From Candidatus Latescibacterota bacterium (lineage in GTDB: Bacteria > Latescibacterota > CBDEFO01), in assembly GCA_965248755.1 (NCBI GenBank), contig OZ252149.1, forward strand, positions 576,001 to 640,000: a stretch of DNA of 64,000 nucleotides. The letters are read 5' to 3'. The position numbers were made by a program, and so were the translations under genes. Positions 30,966 to 44,169 of this stretch are shown piece after piece (the stretch's first letter is position 1; each line of letters begins with the position of its first letter). The notes beneath the pieces were generated by a model. The model was not told the DNA's origin. It saw only the letters and a list, made by a program, of their open reading frames with translations, and ran no database searches.

Positions 30966-31164
30966 GGATACAAATCAGGCTCCTACGAGGACGTTTATGC
31001 GCGGACGTTCCAACGACGCGATGGGTCCCGAAATTACGGTAAAGGATGGGTACGGCCTCGGTACGCGAGCCCCGGAAATAGCACCAGACTCCAAAAAACA
31101 TCTCTATAAAGAATCGATGGTCATTCGTTCCTCAGAGAGAAGTCAACGCCATTGTCGGGAAGCG

Positions 31165-31479
31165 GTGTCGATCAGGCGGGCTCGTAGCGTTGGACGCTGA
31201 CCTCACTTGCTCGGGCGCGCATCTGGCGAGACCTCGTACCAGGCCTGCATCCGCAGCAGCATGTCCATACTCACGCCGAATGCCTTCTCGATGCGTAGCG
31301 CCATCTCCGGCGACAGCGAGGCGTTGCCGTTGAGCAGGGCCGAGCGTCGCCCGGCGAATCCCCAGAATCTCGGCCGCCCGAGTCACGTTCAGGCCCAATT
31401 CCTCGATGACCTCCGTGCGGATGAAGTCACCCGGATGGGAAGGGGCCATGTTCACTTTGATGCCGTTGGTAGCCATCAC
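31165..31479 (-). pseudogene. higA: HigA-family antitoxin, frameshifted
   Basis: PSHPGDFIRTEVIEELGLNVTRAAEILG then LLNGNASLSPEMALRIEKAFGVSMDMLLRMQAWYE in another frame. Confidence 0.85.
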
Positions 31480-31630
31480 TGGTAATCCTCCAAGTTCAAG
31501 CGGTCGATGTAGCTGTCCTCTTTCTTCAAACGTGATCCACCAGTTTCTGGAAACCGAAACGCTCCATTCATCCTTCCTGCCGCCTGTGAGACGATGGAGG
31601 CGCCAGTCACGAGGTGCATCAGAAATAAGA
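31477..31630 (-). pseudogene. higB: HigB/RelE-type toxin, C-terminal fragment
   Basis: WRLHRLTGGRKDEWSVSVSRNWWITF...LEDY directly upstream of higA. Confidence 0.7.
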
Positions 31631-31783
31631 CCTCTTCAACTCCCCAGCGTCATGATCTTGCACACCCCTTGTGATCAAGTTGGGCAAGAACCGAGGTTTA
31701 AGAAAAGAGCCTATTGCGTTTCTCCCCTGGCCGGTAGAACCTCCCCCGGTCCACCGCCAGAGGCGGCGGGCTTGAGATGAGAA

Positions 31784-34489
31784 TTAAAATTCCATAAACA
31801 AGCGCGTGTACCAGAAGGCGCCGTTGTAGTCCCAGGGGGTGCTCTCCGGGCGCAGATTGCCCTGGCCCGCGGTCTCGTCGGGGTCGGCATCGGGCACCGA
31901 GTCGAGGATGTTCTGCGCCCCCAGGCCGATCCGGTAGCGCTCGCCTAAGGCATAGCCCACCTCGGCGTCGACGATGACGCCCCCGTCAAAGGAGTCGAGA
32001 TCGCCGCAATCGCTGGCCTGGAAGCGGCAGGCCTTCCAGGCGCTGAAGTAGCTGGGCCGCACCGTGGCGTCCCAGGCGCCCCGCTGGTGGCGGCCGGTGA
32101 GCACCAGGCGGTGCTCGGGGTTCATCTGCTCCAGCTCCACCTGGCGCCGGGGCGTCAGCAGGCTGACGTCGATCGGTTCGGCCAGGGGCGTGCCGAGGAA
32201 CTCGGTGACCTGTCGCACCTGGGAGAAGTCGTCGAGGTTGGACTGGGTCCAGTTGTAGGCGAGATCGACGTTTGACAAGGACTGGCTGTCCCACACCCGT
32301 GTCCACGACAACACCAGGTCGATGCCGCGGTTGCCGGTATCGAAGTCATTGGAGAAGAACTTGATCTCCTGGAGAACGCTGACTCCCTCCAGGGCCTCCG
32401 TCTCCCGGATGAGACTGGCGATCTCCTCGGTGATCTTGATGTTCCCCGTCAGGGAGATGCGGTCCTCGATGGAGATGTCGAAGTAGTCGAGGGTCAGATC
32501 GAGTTCGTCGGTGAGCTCCACGGCGGTGCCGACCGAAAAGCCCACGGACTTCTCCTCGGTCAGTGCCACGCCGCCCAGGGCCGCGGCGATGGGATGGGTG
32601 GGCGGTACCTGCCCCTGTTCGGTCAGACCGCCGATGCCGGAGAAGCCGGTGGTCACGGCGGTGAAGTTGGCCTGGCCGGGCGACGGGGCGCGGAAGCCGG
32701 TGCTGGCCGTCGAGCGCAGGATGACCCGGTCGCTGGCCCGCCACAGGGCCGAGAGCTTGCCGTTGAGGGTGTTGCCGAAGTCGTCGTAGAAGTCCTCGTA
32801 GCGCAGGGCCGTGCCCAGCTGCAACGCCGGCACCACGTCCGCCTGCACGTCCAGGTAGAAGGCGTAGTTGGGGCGGCTCCACGCGCCGGCGTTTCTCGGG
32901 TCCAGCCCCTGGTAGCCGTTGGAACCGCTGCTGAAGCCCTGCTCGGCGTACGGGCCGAGTACATAGGAGGCCTCGTCGCCGGCCACGGACTCGAAGGTCT
33001 CTTGGCGCCACTCGGCTCCCCAGGCGACGTCGAGGGGGGACGCCAGGGCCCCCACCTCCACCGCGTGGGAGAAGTCGAGGTTGGCCGCTACTTCGGTCTG
33101 GATGTAGTCGCGCGGGCGGAACGAGGTCGGCGTATCCGGCCCCAGCGAGGCGTTGATGGTGTTGAAGATGAAGAACTCGATGTTGCTGCGGGCGGCGCTG
33201 ACGCTAGCGTCCCACTTGAGGCCGCTGCCGCGTTCGCCGCGCAGCCCGGCCACCAGGCTCAAATCGCGGATGTCGGCGCCGAAGCGTGGTGTGAAACCGC
33301 CGGGGAAGCGCTCGTTGAACAGGAAAAGGTCGCCCTTGTAGCGTTCGACGAAAGCCTGGACCTCCTCGAAGCTGGCGTCCAAGGAGGGGACGTCCAGGTT
33401 CGAGGGGTCGACGTCGTCGCCGAGGTCGAGATCGGCTACCGCCCGCTCATCGCCGATGCGAAAGACGCCGCCGCGCGCCGAGGAGGTGCCCGGGGCGCGG
33501 AAGAAGAATCCCCCTTCGGTCCGGCGCTTGGCCCAACCGCCAAAGCCGTAGGCTTCGGCCCGGATGTCGAGATCGACCCCGGCGTTGAAGAAGGTGTTCC
33601 AGGCACCGTCGACGTCGGGGCTGCCCCAGATCTGCGCCGGGTGCTCGACGGGATAGCCTCGGTCGCTCAGGGTCGCGGCATTGGCGCGGGTGCCGCTGCG
33701 TATGGTCGGGTCGAGCTGGCGGTACTCGAGGCTGAGATTGAAGAACCCGTCCCGGGTGAGCGGCAACCCGACGTTGGCGGCGGCCTGGACCAGGCGGCCG
33801 TCCCCCTCGGAGTACTGGCCACCGCGCATTTCCACAAGCACGCCTTCGGAGGCTTCGCGCAATCTCATGTTCAGGACCCCGGCGATGGCGTCGGAGCCGT
33901 ACTGGGCGGCAGCGCCGCCCCGGAGAATCTCAATCTGCTCGATGGCGATGGTCGGAATCACGCTCAAATCCGGTCCTTGCGAGCCGGCATTGAGCGAGCT
34001 GCCCAGCAGGGCAATCACGCCGGAGCGATGACGGCGCTTGCCGTTGACCAGCACCAGGAGGTTGTCCGGGGGCAGGCCCCGGAGAGTGGCGGGGCGCACC
34101 AGGGTCGCCTCGTCGTCAATGCCGTGCCGCTGGATGTTGTACGATGGCACCAGGGTGCGCAGGATATCGTCCATATCGACAGCGGCCTGGGTGCGCAGCT
34201 CTTCCGCATTCAGCACATCCACGGGCGCGGCCGATTCCTTCACCGAGCGCGGCGCATGCCGAGACCCTACGACCACCACTTCTTCGAGTACGTGGACAGT
34301 GTCGATGTAGGACCCTCCTTTGCGGATACCCTCTTCCTCAGAGGCGGTCTCTTCCACCGTCTCCTCGGACCACACCACCGCCCCGGCGAGAAGCGAGGCA
34401 ACGAGGGCGAGACTCAGGGCAGCCGTCCAAAAGGGACGCATCAGACCAGCCAGGGATGATGCCATCTCTGCATATATTCTTCTCCGCAT
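31784..34489 (-). CDS. TonB-dependent outer-membrane receptor
   Basis: AGGAGG RBS; signal peptide; EEVVVVGSR, LRGL..., LVNGKRRH, IEILRGGAAAQYGSDAIAGVLN and STGFRAP; terminal Phe; very GC-rich. Confidence 0.93.
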   Translation of the reverse strand: MRRRIYAEMASSLAGLMRPFWTAALSLALVASLLAGAVVWSEETVEETASEEEGIRKGGSYIDTVHVLEEVVVVGSRHAPRSVKESAAPVDVLNAEELRTQAAVDMDDILRTLVPSYNIQRHGIDDEATLVRPATLRGLPPDNLLVLVNGKRRHRSGVIALLGSSLNAGSQGPDLSVIPTIAIEQIEILRGGAAAQYGSDAIAGVLNMRLREASEGVLVEMRGGQYSEGDGRLVQAAANVGLPLTRDGFFNLSLEYRQLDPTIRSGTRANAATLSDRGYPVEHPAQIWGSPDVDGAWNTFFNAGVDLDIRAEAYGFGGWAKRRTEGGFFFRAPGTSSARGGVFRIGDERAVADLDLGDDVDPSNLDVPSLDASFEEVQAFVERYKGDLFLFNERFPGGFTPRFGADIRDLSLVAGLRGERGSGLKWDASVSAARSNIEFFIFNTINASLGPDTPTSFRPRDYIQTEVAANLDFSHAVEVGALASPLDVAWGAEWRQETFESVAGDEASYVLGPYAEQGFSSGSNGYQGLDPRNAGAWSRPNYAFYLDVQADVVPALQLGTALRYEDFYDDFGNTLNGKLSALWRASDRVILRSTASTGFRAPSPGQANFTAVTTGFSGIGGLTEQGQVPPTHPIAAALGGVALTEEKSVGFSVGTAVELTDELDLTLDYFDISIEDRISLTGNIKITEEIASLIRETEALEGVSVLQEIKFFSNDFDTGNRGIDLVLSWTRVWDSQSLSNVDLAYNWTQSNLDDFSQVRQVTEFLGTPLAEPIDVSLLTPRRQVELEQMNPEHRLVLTGRHQRGAWDATVRPSYFSAWKACRFQASDCGDLDSFDGGVIVDAEVGYALGERYRIGLGAQNILDSVPDADPDETAGQGNLRPESTPWDYNGAFWYTRLFMEF

Positions 34490-34544
34490 ATAAACCTCCT
34501 GTTTGATGATCTTCTCGACTTGCAAAAATAACGGACACCTGAAA

Positions 34545-34656
34545 CCAATTCCTCGATGACCTCCGTGCGGATGTAGTCACCCGGATGAGAAGGGGCCATC
34601 TTCACTTTGATGCCGTTGGTAGCCATCAGTGGCAATCCTCCAAGTTCAAGCGGTCG
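34545..34656. repeat. 112-bp direct repeat of 31395-31506 (higB 3' end and higA 5' end)
   Basis: CCAATTCCTCGATGACCTCCGTGCGG...AAGTTCAAGCGGTCG with about 5 mismatches. Confidence 0.9.
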
Positions 34657-34691
34657 TGGCTCTTCTATATATGACACACTTCGCATCCTCG

Positions 34692-34891
34692 TCACATGTG
34701 CAGGAGTTCTATGCCCTTTCCGCAGGATCGGTCATCCTTGTCGAGAGCCGCAATGCCGGTCAGCGCGATGGGTGGACGGTCGGGGAATTCCGCCACCAAG
34801 CTCGATTTTCCGCCCATTGCTGCGACGTAGCCACCAAGCGTGGATATCAGCAGATCGCTACGCTTTTCGATACGGGATACGTTTTCCTGAT
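34692..34891 (-). pseudogene. XRE-family HTH antitoxin-like fragment truncated by IS1595
   Basis: QENVSRIEKRSDLLISTLGGYVAAMGG...AEFPDRPP. Confidence 0.7.
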
Positions 34892-35748
34892 GGTAATGCA
34901 TGACTAAAGTTGCACTAACTCGTGTCACTTAGAGCCTGTTGATGGAGTAGCTTTCTTATAAGAGGAAGTAGATTTTCGTGGCGGTGGTTGAAACACCACT
35001 TTACCTCTTTAAGGTAACGGTGGAAGAAGCTTCTGTCAACACCTCGATATTGATAGAGCCAGTGTTTGGCATACGACCAGAAGCCTTCCACTCCATTGAG
35101 GTGATCTCTTCCTTTAGCTATACTTTTGTGTTTTGGCATTACCACGTGGTTGCCGCTGATAGAAAGCGAGGCATAGGCTATCCAATTATCGGTGTAATAC
35201 AAGCTCCCTGGTCTGGTGTGTTGGGTAATCAGAGGCAGTAGTGAGTCACGACTCCTTGAGGGGACAGCAAAGGTCAACACCTTACCCCTTCTCTGATACA
35301 TTCCAAAGACAATAACTTTACCTTCAGCACCCCAACCTCGCTTACCTGGTCTTTTGCCACCGAACATAGCTTCATCCATCTCTATCTCTCCAGATAGGAA
35401 CCTCAACTCCTCCAGAGAATCCTGGTAGATAGCAAGGTGAACTATACGGTAGAAACGCTCAATAGTATGTAGGTGTATTGGAACTCGAAACCTTAACCGG
35501 TAAGCTGGAACCGCAAGACCAAAAAACTTAATGAGCCTCCCCTTCCAGTAGGGAGAAATCTTGCTCTTGGACCAGTAGCTATTGGTTCGAAAATGGTAGT
35601 CCCTGAGACACCCTTGACAACGATATCTACCACCCGATAATTTCCAAAATTTGGTGCACCTACAGTAGCTACATTTTCGCATAGCTCAATATACAGTAAT
35701 AATCGACTCTTCGCAAGATCATAAGGTGTATAATGTTGTAGTCTTACC
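34892..35748 (-). mobile_element. IS1595-family insertion sequence
   Basis: Both ends begin GGTAA (weak IR), bound the transposase, and coincide with truncation of both neighbouring genes. Confidence 0.7.
34915..35682 (-). CDS. IS1595-family (ISXO2-like) DDE transposase
   Basis: N-terminal CxxC...CxxC, GEIEMDE, GKRGWGA, YYTD, HLNGVEGFWSYAK. Confidence 0.92.
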   Translation of the reverse strand: MRKCSYCRCTKFWKLSGGRYRCQGCLRDYHFRTNSYWSKSKISPYWKGRLIKFFGLAVPAYRLRFRVPIHLHTIERFYRIVHLAIYQDSLEELRFLSGEIEMDEAMFGGKRPGKRGWGAEGKVIVFGMYQRRGKVLTFAVPSRSRDSLLPLITQHTRPGSLYYTDNWIAYASLSISGNHVVMPKHKSIAKGRDHLNGVEGFWSYAKHWLYQYRGVDRSFFHRYLKEVKWCFNHRHENLLPLIRKLLHQQALSDTS

Positions 35749-37584
35749 AAAGAAAAAATCGTTACCAAAGGTATTTTGGCCTGTGATTACTATACCCAGA
35801 TCACCATCGTTGTCAAAATCTCCCAAACCCACATCGCCATCCCACAATCCGAAGATTCCCACAGAGTCGTCCTTCTCCAGGATCCCATCGTAATTCCTGT
35901 AGAATATCGTCTGCGAGCGTCCATCAAAATTCTCACCCGCAAGGATCAAGTCCAAATCCCCATCGTTGTCCATATCGCCCCAGCCCGTAGCGCTACTACG
36001 CATGCCCTTTATGCGTTGGTTGGAATCTACAAACCTTTGGATCGTCAACTTTCTTGCTGGAGACCACTCAGATTTCCTGAACCCGCTGTCCACAGTCTGA
36101 ACGCTCCATAGGAAGTCCCCCTGCTCCAAGGCAGTAGAAAGGGCCTTGCTGTTATTCTTCCCTATGTTTCCTATCCCAACTCTGCTCAATCCGGAGATAA
36201 TCTTGTTCGGATTGGAGTCATCGCCCAATCTGAGGTTATAGGTCAGATCCCTTTCCGTAGTTATGTCGTCAGAGCCGCTGCCCCATACGAACGTCACCTT
36301 AGTGTCAGTCACAATAGCCCTCTCTAAACTGATCGGCTGATCAGGAGGGAGGTTTCCCGTATCCTCATCATTCCCGTATATTAGGGATACTCTCTGTCCA
36401 TCACTGCCCTCTCCGCTCGATATTAGGTCCAGATTTCCATCATCATTATAATCACCCCAGTCCCCACTACCCCCTACCAGTCCGATAAGGTTCTCTTGCG
36501 TTGCATCCTCAGCCAGGACTCCGTTGTCATTCTTGAGCACAAATACAGACTTTTGGGAAAACTGATTCTGCCCGATAGCAGACAGATCTAAATCTCCGTC
36601 GTTGTCGAAGTCTCCCCACGAAAGAGAACCGACTAGCCCTTTCGTAAACGTCCTTGAGAAGAATCTGTCCTCCACGAGTGTCCCCGTGGGATTATTTTTA
36701 TAGATGATTATCTTCGATTGCCAAAGATTGTTCCAACCTGAGAGGGCAAGGTCATCATCCCCGTCGTTGTCGAAGTCCCCCCAGGCTAACGAGCCCTGGG
36801 TGACCTTTTCTAAATTGACAGATATGTCTTCCAGAAAAGTGCCTAAAGGATCGTTCTTGTATACAAATGACGCCCGTGCGCCCTGCGCGCTAAATCCTGT
36901 GATAACCAGATCCAGATCACCGTCGTCATCATAGTCTCCAAAAGCGACATCGCCCTTGTTCAAATCTGCTATCGCCTCGCTGTTTGCCTGATCAATAACA
37001 AATCTTCCGTCTTCATTCCTATATATCGTAGTTGAAGCAAAGCCACGGTCATGCATACCCATTATTACCAGATCCAGATCACCGTCTCCATCGTAGTCGC
37101 CAAAGGCCAACGAACTGTACTTGAATCCTGTTCTCCCTTGATGCGTGTCGCCTATCTGATCCTGTATAATATCTTCTTCAAACCGTCCGTTGTTATTCTC
37201 ATATATCCTGGCTATCTCATGGTTGTCTTCATCCCAACCTGAAAGGGCTATATCCAGGTCCCCGTCGTTGTCATAATCACCCCATATAGCCGAACCGAAG
37301 TAGATCCCCCCATCCTCTAATTCCTGCATTCCACTGTTCGGAAATGCCCCACCGGTATTGGTATAGACCCTTGCTATTCTTCCAAATGCAGGATCCCCTT
37401 CAGAACCCGTCTGTCCCGTGATTAACAGATCCAAATCCCCATCGTCATCGTAGTCGCCCAGATCTATAGAACCAGCCCAGACCCCTGGTATATTCCCTAT
37501 ACCGGTATCTATCAGGTCTCCAGCCCAGATCGTTCCCGCCAAGGAAAAAAGGATGCTCAATGTCAGAATCGTTTTTGTTATCAT
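35749..37584 (-). pseudogene. Secreted FG-GAP/VCBS-repeat protein, 3' truncated by IS1595
   Basis: Signal peptide and many GDYDNDGDLD repeats; the ORF runs into the IS end mid-repeat and stops at 35719. Confidence 0.82.
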
Positions 37585-37683
37585 AAGAATACCAAACGTT
37601 TTAGCCCAGAGAGACTGTCTGTAGTTAATCTACATAAACATATGCCGGAGGAATTCACAACTGTCTAATTATGAACATCAAGT

Positions 37684-37712
37684 ATTATACAAAAACACCT
37701 CACCCTTGTCAA
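37684..37712 (-). promoter_or_regulatory. Consensus sigma70 promoter
   Basis: Minus strand TTGACA-17 bp-TATAAT, 100 bp upstream of the FG-GAP gene. Confidence 0.8.
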
Positions 37713-37727
37713 CACTTTTATTGACAT

Positions 37728-39515
<1,788 letters not shown>

Positions 39516-39675
39516 AGGGCAAACAGCGATCTTTCACAGTAGGGGCAAGGTAACCTCGCCCTTACCAAAATTTAGATGCAAATCCAAAACTTGTCTGTGA
39601 TGCAGAACACACCGAAGACTGCAAGTGCAACTAAAATATCAAATTCTGTGAAAAGAGTCAACAACTAAATCACAA

Positions 39676-40833
39676 TTACTGCACCCTTTTACGCTCAACT
39701 TTCTTCCCGGTCACTTCTTTTTCTTTCCACTGGAACTTCATAAGATATCCGAGCAGACCGAAAAGGGCAATATATGGAACGTGCAGTATCTCCACAAGTG
39801 GGAAGTATCTCAAAAGTCCCTTTACCCGAAATAGCCTTGTCACCTTCCAAAGAACCACAAAATCTAGGCACGCCTTCATTCCGAAGGCGTAAAGCGGGGC
39901 CGGGTACTTTGCTGGATTTACAATTGAAAGGGGGAGCAGTAGAAAAAGCAAAAGATGAAAAAGATATACGATAACCCCCAGAGACAAGATCGAAGTTGAG
40001 TAATAAGCGGCTTTGGAGGAGTGTCTGAGCTTCTGATTGAAGAGAGTATAAGGGTCTCTGGGGGGCGGTCCACATGGAACGAAGCTCCCAGGTGAGAGGG
40101 AGTGTATTATCTTCCAATCCGTCTTCTCTCTTAAAAGACGCATAAATAATACGTCGTCTCCCGATATAATCTCCCCTATCTTGTCGAATCCGCCCGCCTC
40201 TATGAACGCCTCTTTTCTATATCCCAAATTCCGACCCGTGCAGGAGATGGGGACTCCTACGCCTATGCTCCCTGCGGACAAGGCGGCGATATAGAGGGAT
40301 TCTAATGCGACCATCTTCTGCACGAGCGTTTTTCCCTTGTCTAGGGGCGAAAACCCTGCCACGAGTCCGACTTCCGGCTCGAAATGCCCTACCATATCCC
40401 CTATCCACGAACAAGGGGGGCGACAGTCGGCGTCAGTTAAAAGAATGATCTCTCCCCTACTCGATTCGATCCCCAAGTTCAAAGCGTTCTTTTTGGGACA
40501 GGCGTATAGTGGCTCCCCAGTAACGTTCAACAGTCGGAAGTTGTAATATCTATCCTCAAAAGAGCTTGCTATCTGCTCTGTGTCGTCGCTGGATCTATCG
40601 TTTACCACCACCACCTCATACATATCGTCAGGATATTCCTGAAGCGCCAGAGCCGACAGACAAGCCTCGATGTTCTCCTCTTCGTTCCTGGCAGCCACGA
40701 TTACGGAGACCATAGACAGAGTGGTATTTCGCCCCTTTCTATTTCTGAATAACCCCAAAAAGATCGCGCCCACAACTACACAGTACAAAATGCCCAGGGC
40801 GATCAAGACGTTAGAGATAATTTCATAGATCAA
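39676..40833 (-). CDS. Family 2 glycosyltransferase with TM segments
   Basis: VSVIVAARNEE, NDRSSD, KKNAL, TDADC, GGF and SGDD; start approximate. Confidence 0.92.
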   Translation of the reverse strand: MIYEIISNVLIALGILYCVVVGAIFLGLFRNRKGRNTTLSMVSVIVAARNEEENIEACLSALALQEYPDDMYEVVVVNDRSSDDTEQIASSFEDRYYNFRLLNVTGEPLYACPKKNALNLGIESSRGEIILLTDADCRPPCSWIGDMVGHFEPEVGLVAGFSPLDKGKTLVQKMVALESLYIAALSAGSIGVGVPISCTGRNLGYRKEAFIEAGGFDKIGEIISGDDVLFMRLLREKTDWKIIHSLSPGSFVPCGPPPRDPYTLFNQKLRHSSKAAYYSTSILSLGVIVYLFHLLLFLLLPLSIVNPAKYPAPLYAFGMKACLDFVVLWKVTRLFRVKGLLRYFPLVEILHVPYIALFGLLGYLMKFQWKEKEVTGKKVERKRVQ

Positions 40834-40887
40834 GAATCTTTTTCTTCCTTGTCTTTGTGGGCGAGGCAATCTCTTCCCAAAAAAGTT

Positions 40888-40950
40888 GGTGGGTCAGACA
40901 TTCCTGTCTGACATGGATACTTTGAGAACAGACAAGAATGTCCGTTCTAC
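40888..40950. repeat. REP-like inverted pair (family A)
   Basis: GGTGGGTCAGACATTCCTGTCTGAC ... GAACAGACAAGAATGTCCGTTCTAC. Confidence 0.75.
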
Positions 40951-41183
40951 TTTCGGTATTTTTGGTGTTCCAAGCCCCTACATTTCTGAATCAGTGTCAA
41001 GGTGAAAGATACCACATTTACAATTACAATTCAAGGGAAAAGTATTATTCTCCAGTGGGGACTGAGAGATTATTTGTTGACCTCCAGCAATTTCTTTTGT
41101 ATTTTCCTACGCAAGTACCTGACCAAAAAATCATGACATGCTGTGGTAAAGTTTTACCAACCCTAAAAAAGAGGAGGTTCAAA

Positions 41184-42631
41184 ATGCAACGTATAACCCT
41201 TTCTATTCTGATACTCCTGGTCGCTTTGAATACGACTGCCTCCGCACAAGTCCTGTTCGCAGCCAGGACCAACTATCTTGCTGGAAATGGTCCCACATCA
41301 GTTTCCAGTGCGGATTTCGATGGAGATGGAGATAATGACCTGGCTGTGGCTAATGAGTTCAGCAATAGTGTGTCAGTGTTGTTTAATAATGGAGATGGGA
41401 CATTTGCAGACTCTACCAGGGTGGACTATAGTCTTGGGTTTGATCCCACATCAGTTTTCAGTGCGGACATAGATAGTGATGGAGATAACGACTTAGCTGT
41501 GGCTAATGAGGGCAGCGATAATGTGTCAGTGCTGCTGAATAATGGAGATGGGACATTTGCACCCAGGGTGGACTACCCCGCAGGGGATGGTTCTCGCTCA
41601 GCGTTCAGTGCGGATTTCGATGGAGATGGAGACAATGACCTGGCTGTGGCTAATTTTAACAGCGATAATGTGTCAGTGTTATTGAATCTGTCTACCATGC
41701 CAGCTCCTCCTCCTGTAGACACAGCCTCAGTCAGCCTCCCGAACGTATCTACCTTGGTCGGCGATACAGTTTCAGTAGCTGTTGCTGTCCAGGAGGACGT
41801 GACAGGGCTTGGAATCTTCTCAGCCCAGATGAATATCAGTTATGATTCAGATCTAATAAAGGCAATAAATGTAGCGTTGGAAGGAACACTGACCCAGGGA
41901 TGGGTGATAGATGACACAGTTGTAACAGGCATCGGAACATCTATAGACACTGTCAAGATCGCAATAGCGACTCCGGGACCTGACACATTATCAGGGTCGG
42001 GAGATATAGTCCGTATCAAGTTTGCAGTCTCCGATTCGGCAGCCATAGGTGATTCCATACCATTAGTCTTTGAGGAATTCTTCTTCAACGAAGGCGATCC
42101 AGCGGCAAATGCACAGGACGGGTCTGTGCAAATTCTGGAATTAGGAGACATCAGCGGCAACGGAAGGGTGACGGCGTTCGATGCTTCTTTGGTGCTTAGA
42201 TCCACAGTAGGTCTCTTTGTAATCTCTGACACCCTGATAGCAGATGTCAGTGGAGACGGCACCATAAGCGCCTTTGATGCCTCCTTGATGCTCAGGTTCG
42301 TTGTCGGTAAAATAACTATATTTCCTGCCGAGACAGGAGGCACTCCTAAAATTGTGCTTGGCGAAAGGATTGTCAGTTTAGGTGATATAAAGACTTTGCC
42401 TGATGGCCGCTTTGTACTCCCTATTCTCATAGATGAAATGGACGGTGTCCTCTCAGGTCAATTTGAACTCTCCTTCAATCCGATCAAGCTAAAACCATTA
42501 GATGCTACGACATCCGATCTGACTTCTGATTATCTTTTCGTCCATAATGCTCAAGACGGCAGATTAAAGCTATCGTTTGCCGCAGCAGAATCGGTTGAAG
42601 GCAGCGGCAGGATCGCAGAGATTATATTTGA
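41184..42631 (+). pseudogene. 5' part of a secreted FG-GAP/cohesin/dockerin/cohesin/FlgD protein interrupted by the IS1380 unit
   Basis: GAGGAGG RBS; signal peptide; ADFDGDGDNDLAVAN x3; dockerin GDISGNGRVTAFD/ADVSGDGTISAFD; breaks at EIIF|. Confidence 0.9.
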
Positions 42632-42749
42632 CCCCCATTCGCCATATTAGACCCGAAAAATGGTTGTCAAAGTCGCCAGAACATGTTATATTACAATAAA
42701 TAAGACTCATAAATGGCGGATAAATATTGATCATCCAGAGGGTGAAAGA

Positions 42750-44057
42750 ATGAAAGTAGGTTTTGATGGAGGAATAAAGCTTGAATTTCATGGTGCAAAG
42801 GTGACATCAAACGGTGGACTTCTTGCGTATCGTGACCTTGATTACGCACTGGGATTATTTGATTCGGTATCAGCGGTTTTTACCGATAAACGCACAGGCC
42901 GTAATATCCAACATGATATATCTACTCTCCTGCGTCAATCGATATACAGCCGTCTTGCAGGATATGAAGATGTAAATGACGCCGAGCGATTATCCGTTGA
43001 TCCCGTCATGCGAGCGATTACCGGAAAGAAGGACAAAGGCAGGCAAGCTGCCAGCTCCAACACGATAGGACGTTTTGAAACTGATATACTGACTCAGCAT
43101 GACAATCTCAGAAACTTGTCAGATATCAATGGCAAGTGGGTTCAAAAAGCGATGAGTAAAACACAGCATCAACGAATCATTCTGGACATGGACAGTTCGG
43201 AGAGTCCGGTACATGGCCAGCAGGAAGGATCAGCTTACAACGGTCATTTCGGATGTACCTGTTTTCATCCAGTGTTCTGCTTCAATCAGTTCGGGGATTG
43301 TGAAGGAGTCCTACTTCGCTCTGGTAATGTTCACAGTGCTGATCGTTGGAAGGAAGTTCTGGAACCGATCGTCAAGAGATACGAGAGCAAGAAGAATAGG
43401 AAATACTTTCGAGGCGATGCTGCATTCGCAAAGCCTGAGATTTATGATTATCTGGAGGGAAACGGCTATTTGTATGCCATTCGGCTTCCCGCAAATGAGA
43501 TACTCTATGAAAAGATACGATACCTGCTGACTCGGCCAGTTGGACGACCGCCGAGGAAACCGATTGTATCGTTATATGAATTTCAATATAAAGCGGCCAG
43601 TTGGGATCAATCGAGGCGAGTGGTCGCCAAGGTTGAATGGCACCAAGGGGAGTTATTCCCAAGAGTGGGATTTATCGTGACCAACATGAGCGCCAAGCCA
43701 GAAGGCGTGGTACACTTCTACAATGGCCGTGGCAGAGCTGAGCAGTGGATTAAGGAGGGCAAGTATGCTCTGAACTGGACCCGACTCTCATGCAAGCGTT
43801 TCGTCTCCAATCAGGTGAGGCTCTGGCTGTTTGTTCTGGCTTACAACTTGGGCAACTTCCTGCGACGTTTTGTTCTTCCGAAGAAAATCAAACACTGGTC
43901 ACTACGCAGCCTCCTCGTGAAATTTATCAAAATCGGAGCGAAGATTGTCAGACACAGCGGATATATTACGTTTCAAATGGCTGAGGTTGGGATAGACAAG
44001 AGGTTATTTGCCGAAATATTATCCCGGATTGAACGATTGCGATGTTATTCTGTTTAA
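42750..44057 (+). CDS. IS1380-family transposase
   Basis: EFHGAKVTSNGGLL, AGYEDVNDA, LDMDSS, FRGDAAF and YNGRGRAEQWIKEGK. Confidence 0.95.
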   Translation: MKVGFDGGIKLEFHGAKVTSNGGLLAYRDLDYALGLFDSVSAVFTDKRTGRNIQHDISTLLRQSIYSRLAGYEDVNDAERLSVDPVMRAITGKKDKGRQAASSNTIGRFETDILTQHDNLRNLSDINGKWVQKAMSKTQHQRIILDMDSSESPVHGQQEGSAYNGHFGCTCFHPVFCFNQFGDCEGVLLRSGNVHSADRWKEVLEPIVKRYESKKNRKYFRGDAAFAKPEIYDYLEGNGYLYAIRLPANEILYEKIRYLLTRPVGRPPRKPIVSLYEFQYKAASWDQSRRVVAKVEWHQGELFPRVGFIVTNMSAKPEGVVHFYNGRGRAEQWIKEGKYALNWTRLSCKRFVSNQVRLWLFVLAYNLGNFLRRFVLPKKIKHWSLRSLLVKFIKIGAKIVRHSGYITFQMAEVGIDKRLFAEILSRIERLRCYSV

Positions 44058-44169
44058 ACTGCCACATTTTTTTGTGAGTCGATGGAGAGGTGTCTCTAAT
44101 TGGAGGATTTAAACACAAAGAAAGTGATAATTCAGAGGAAAATACTATTTTAATTGAAAAAAGTACTTG

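Larger units (their letters stand above)
28180..34891. mobile_element. GC-rich accessory island with decayed genes (boundaries approximate)
   Basis: Abrupt GC increase, many pseudogenes and TA remnants; truncates the FHA gene on the left and abuts IS1595 on the right. Confidence 0.65.

Noticed and set aside
32594..34459. 621-aa plus-strand ORF
   Set aside because: Antisense shadow of the GC-rich TonB-dependent receptor, with no recognisable motifs
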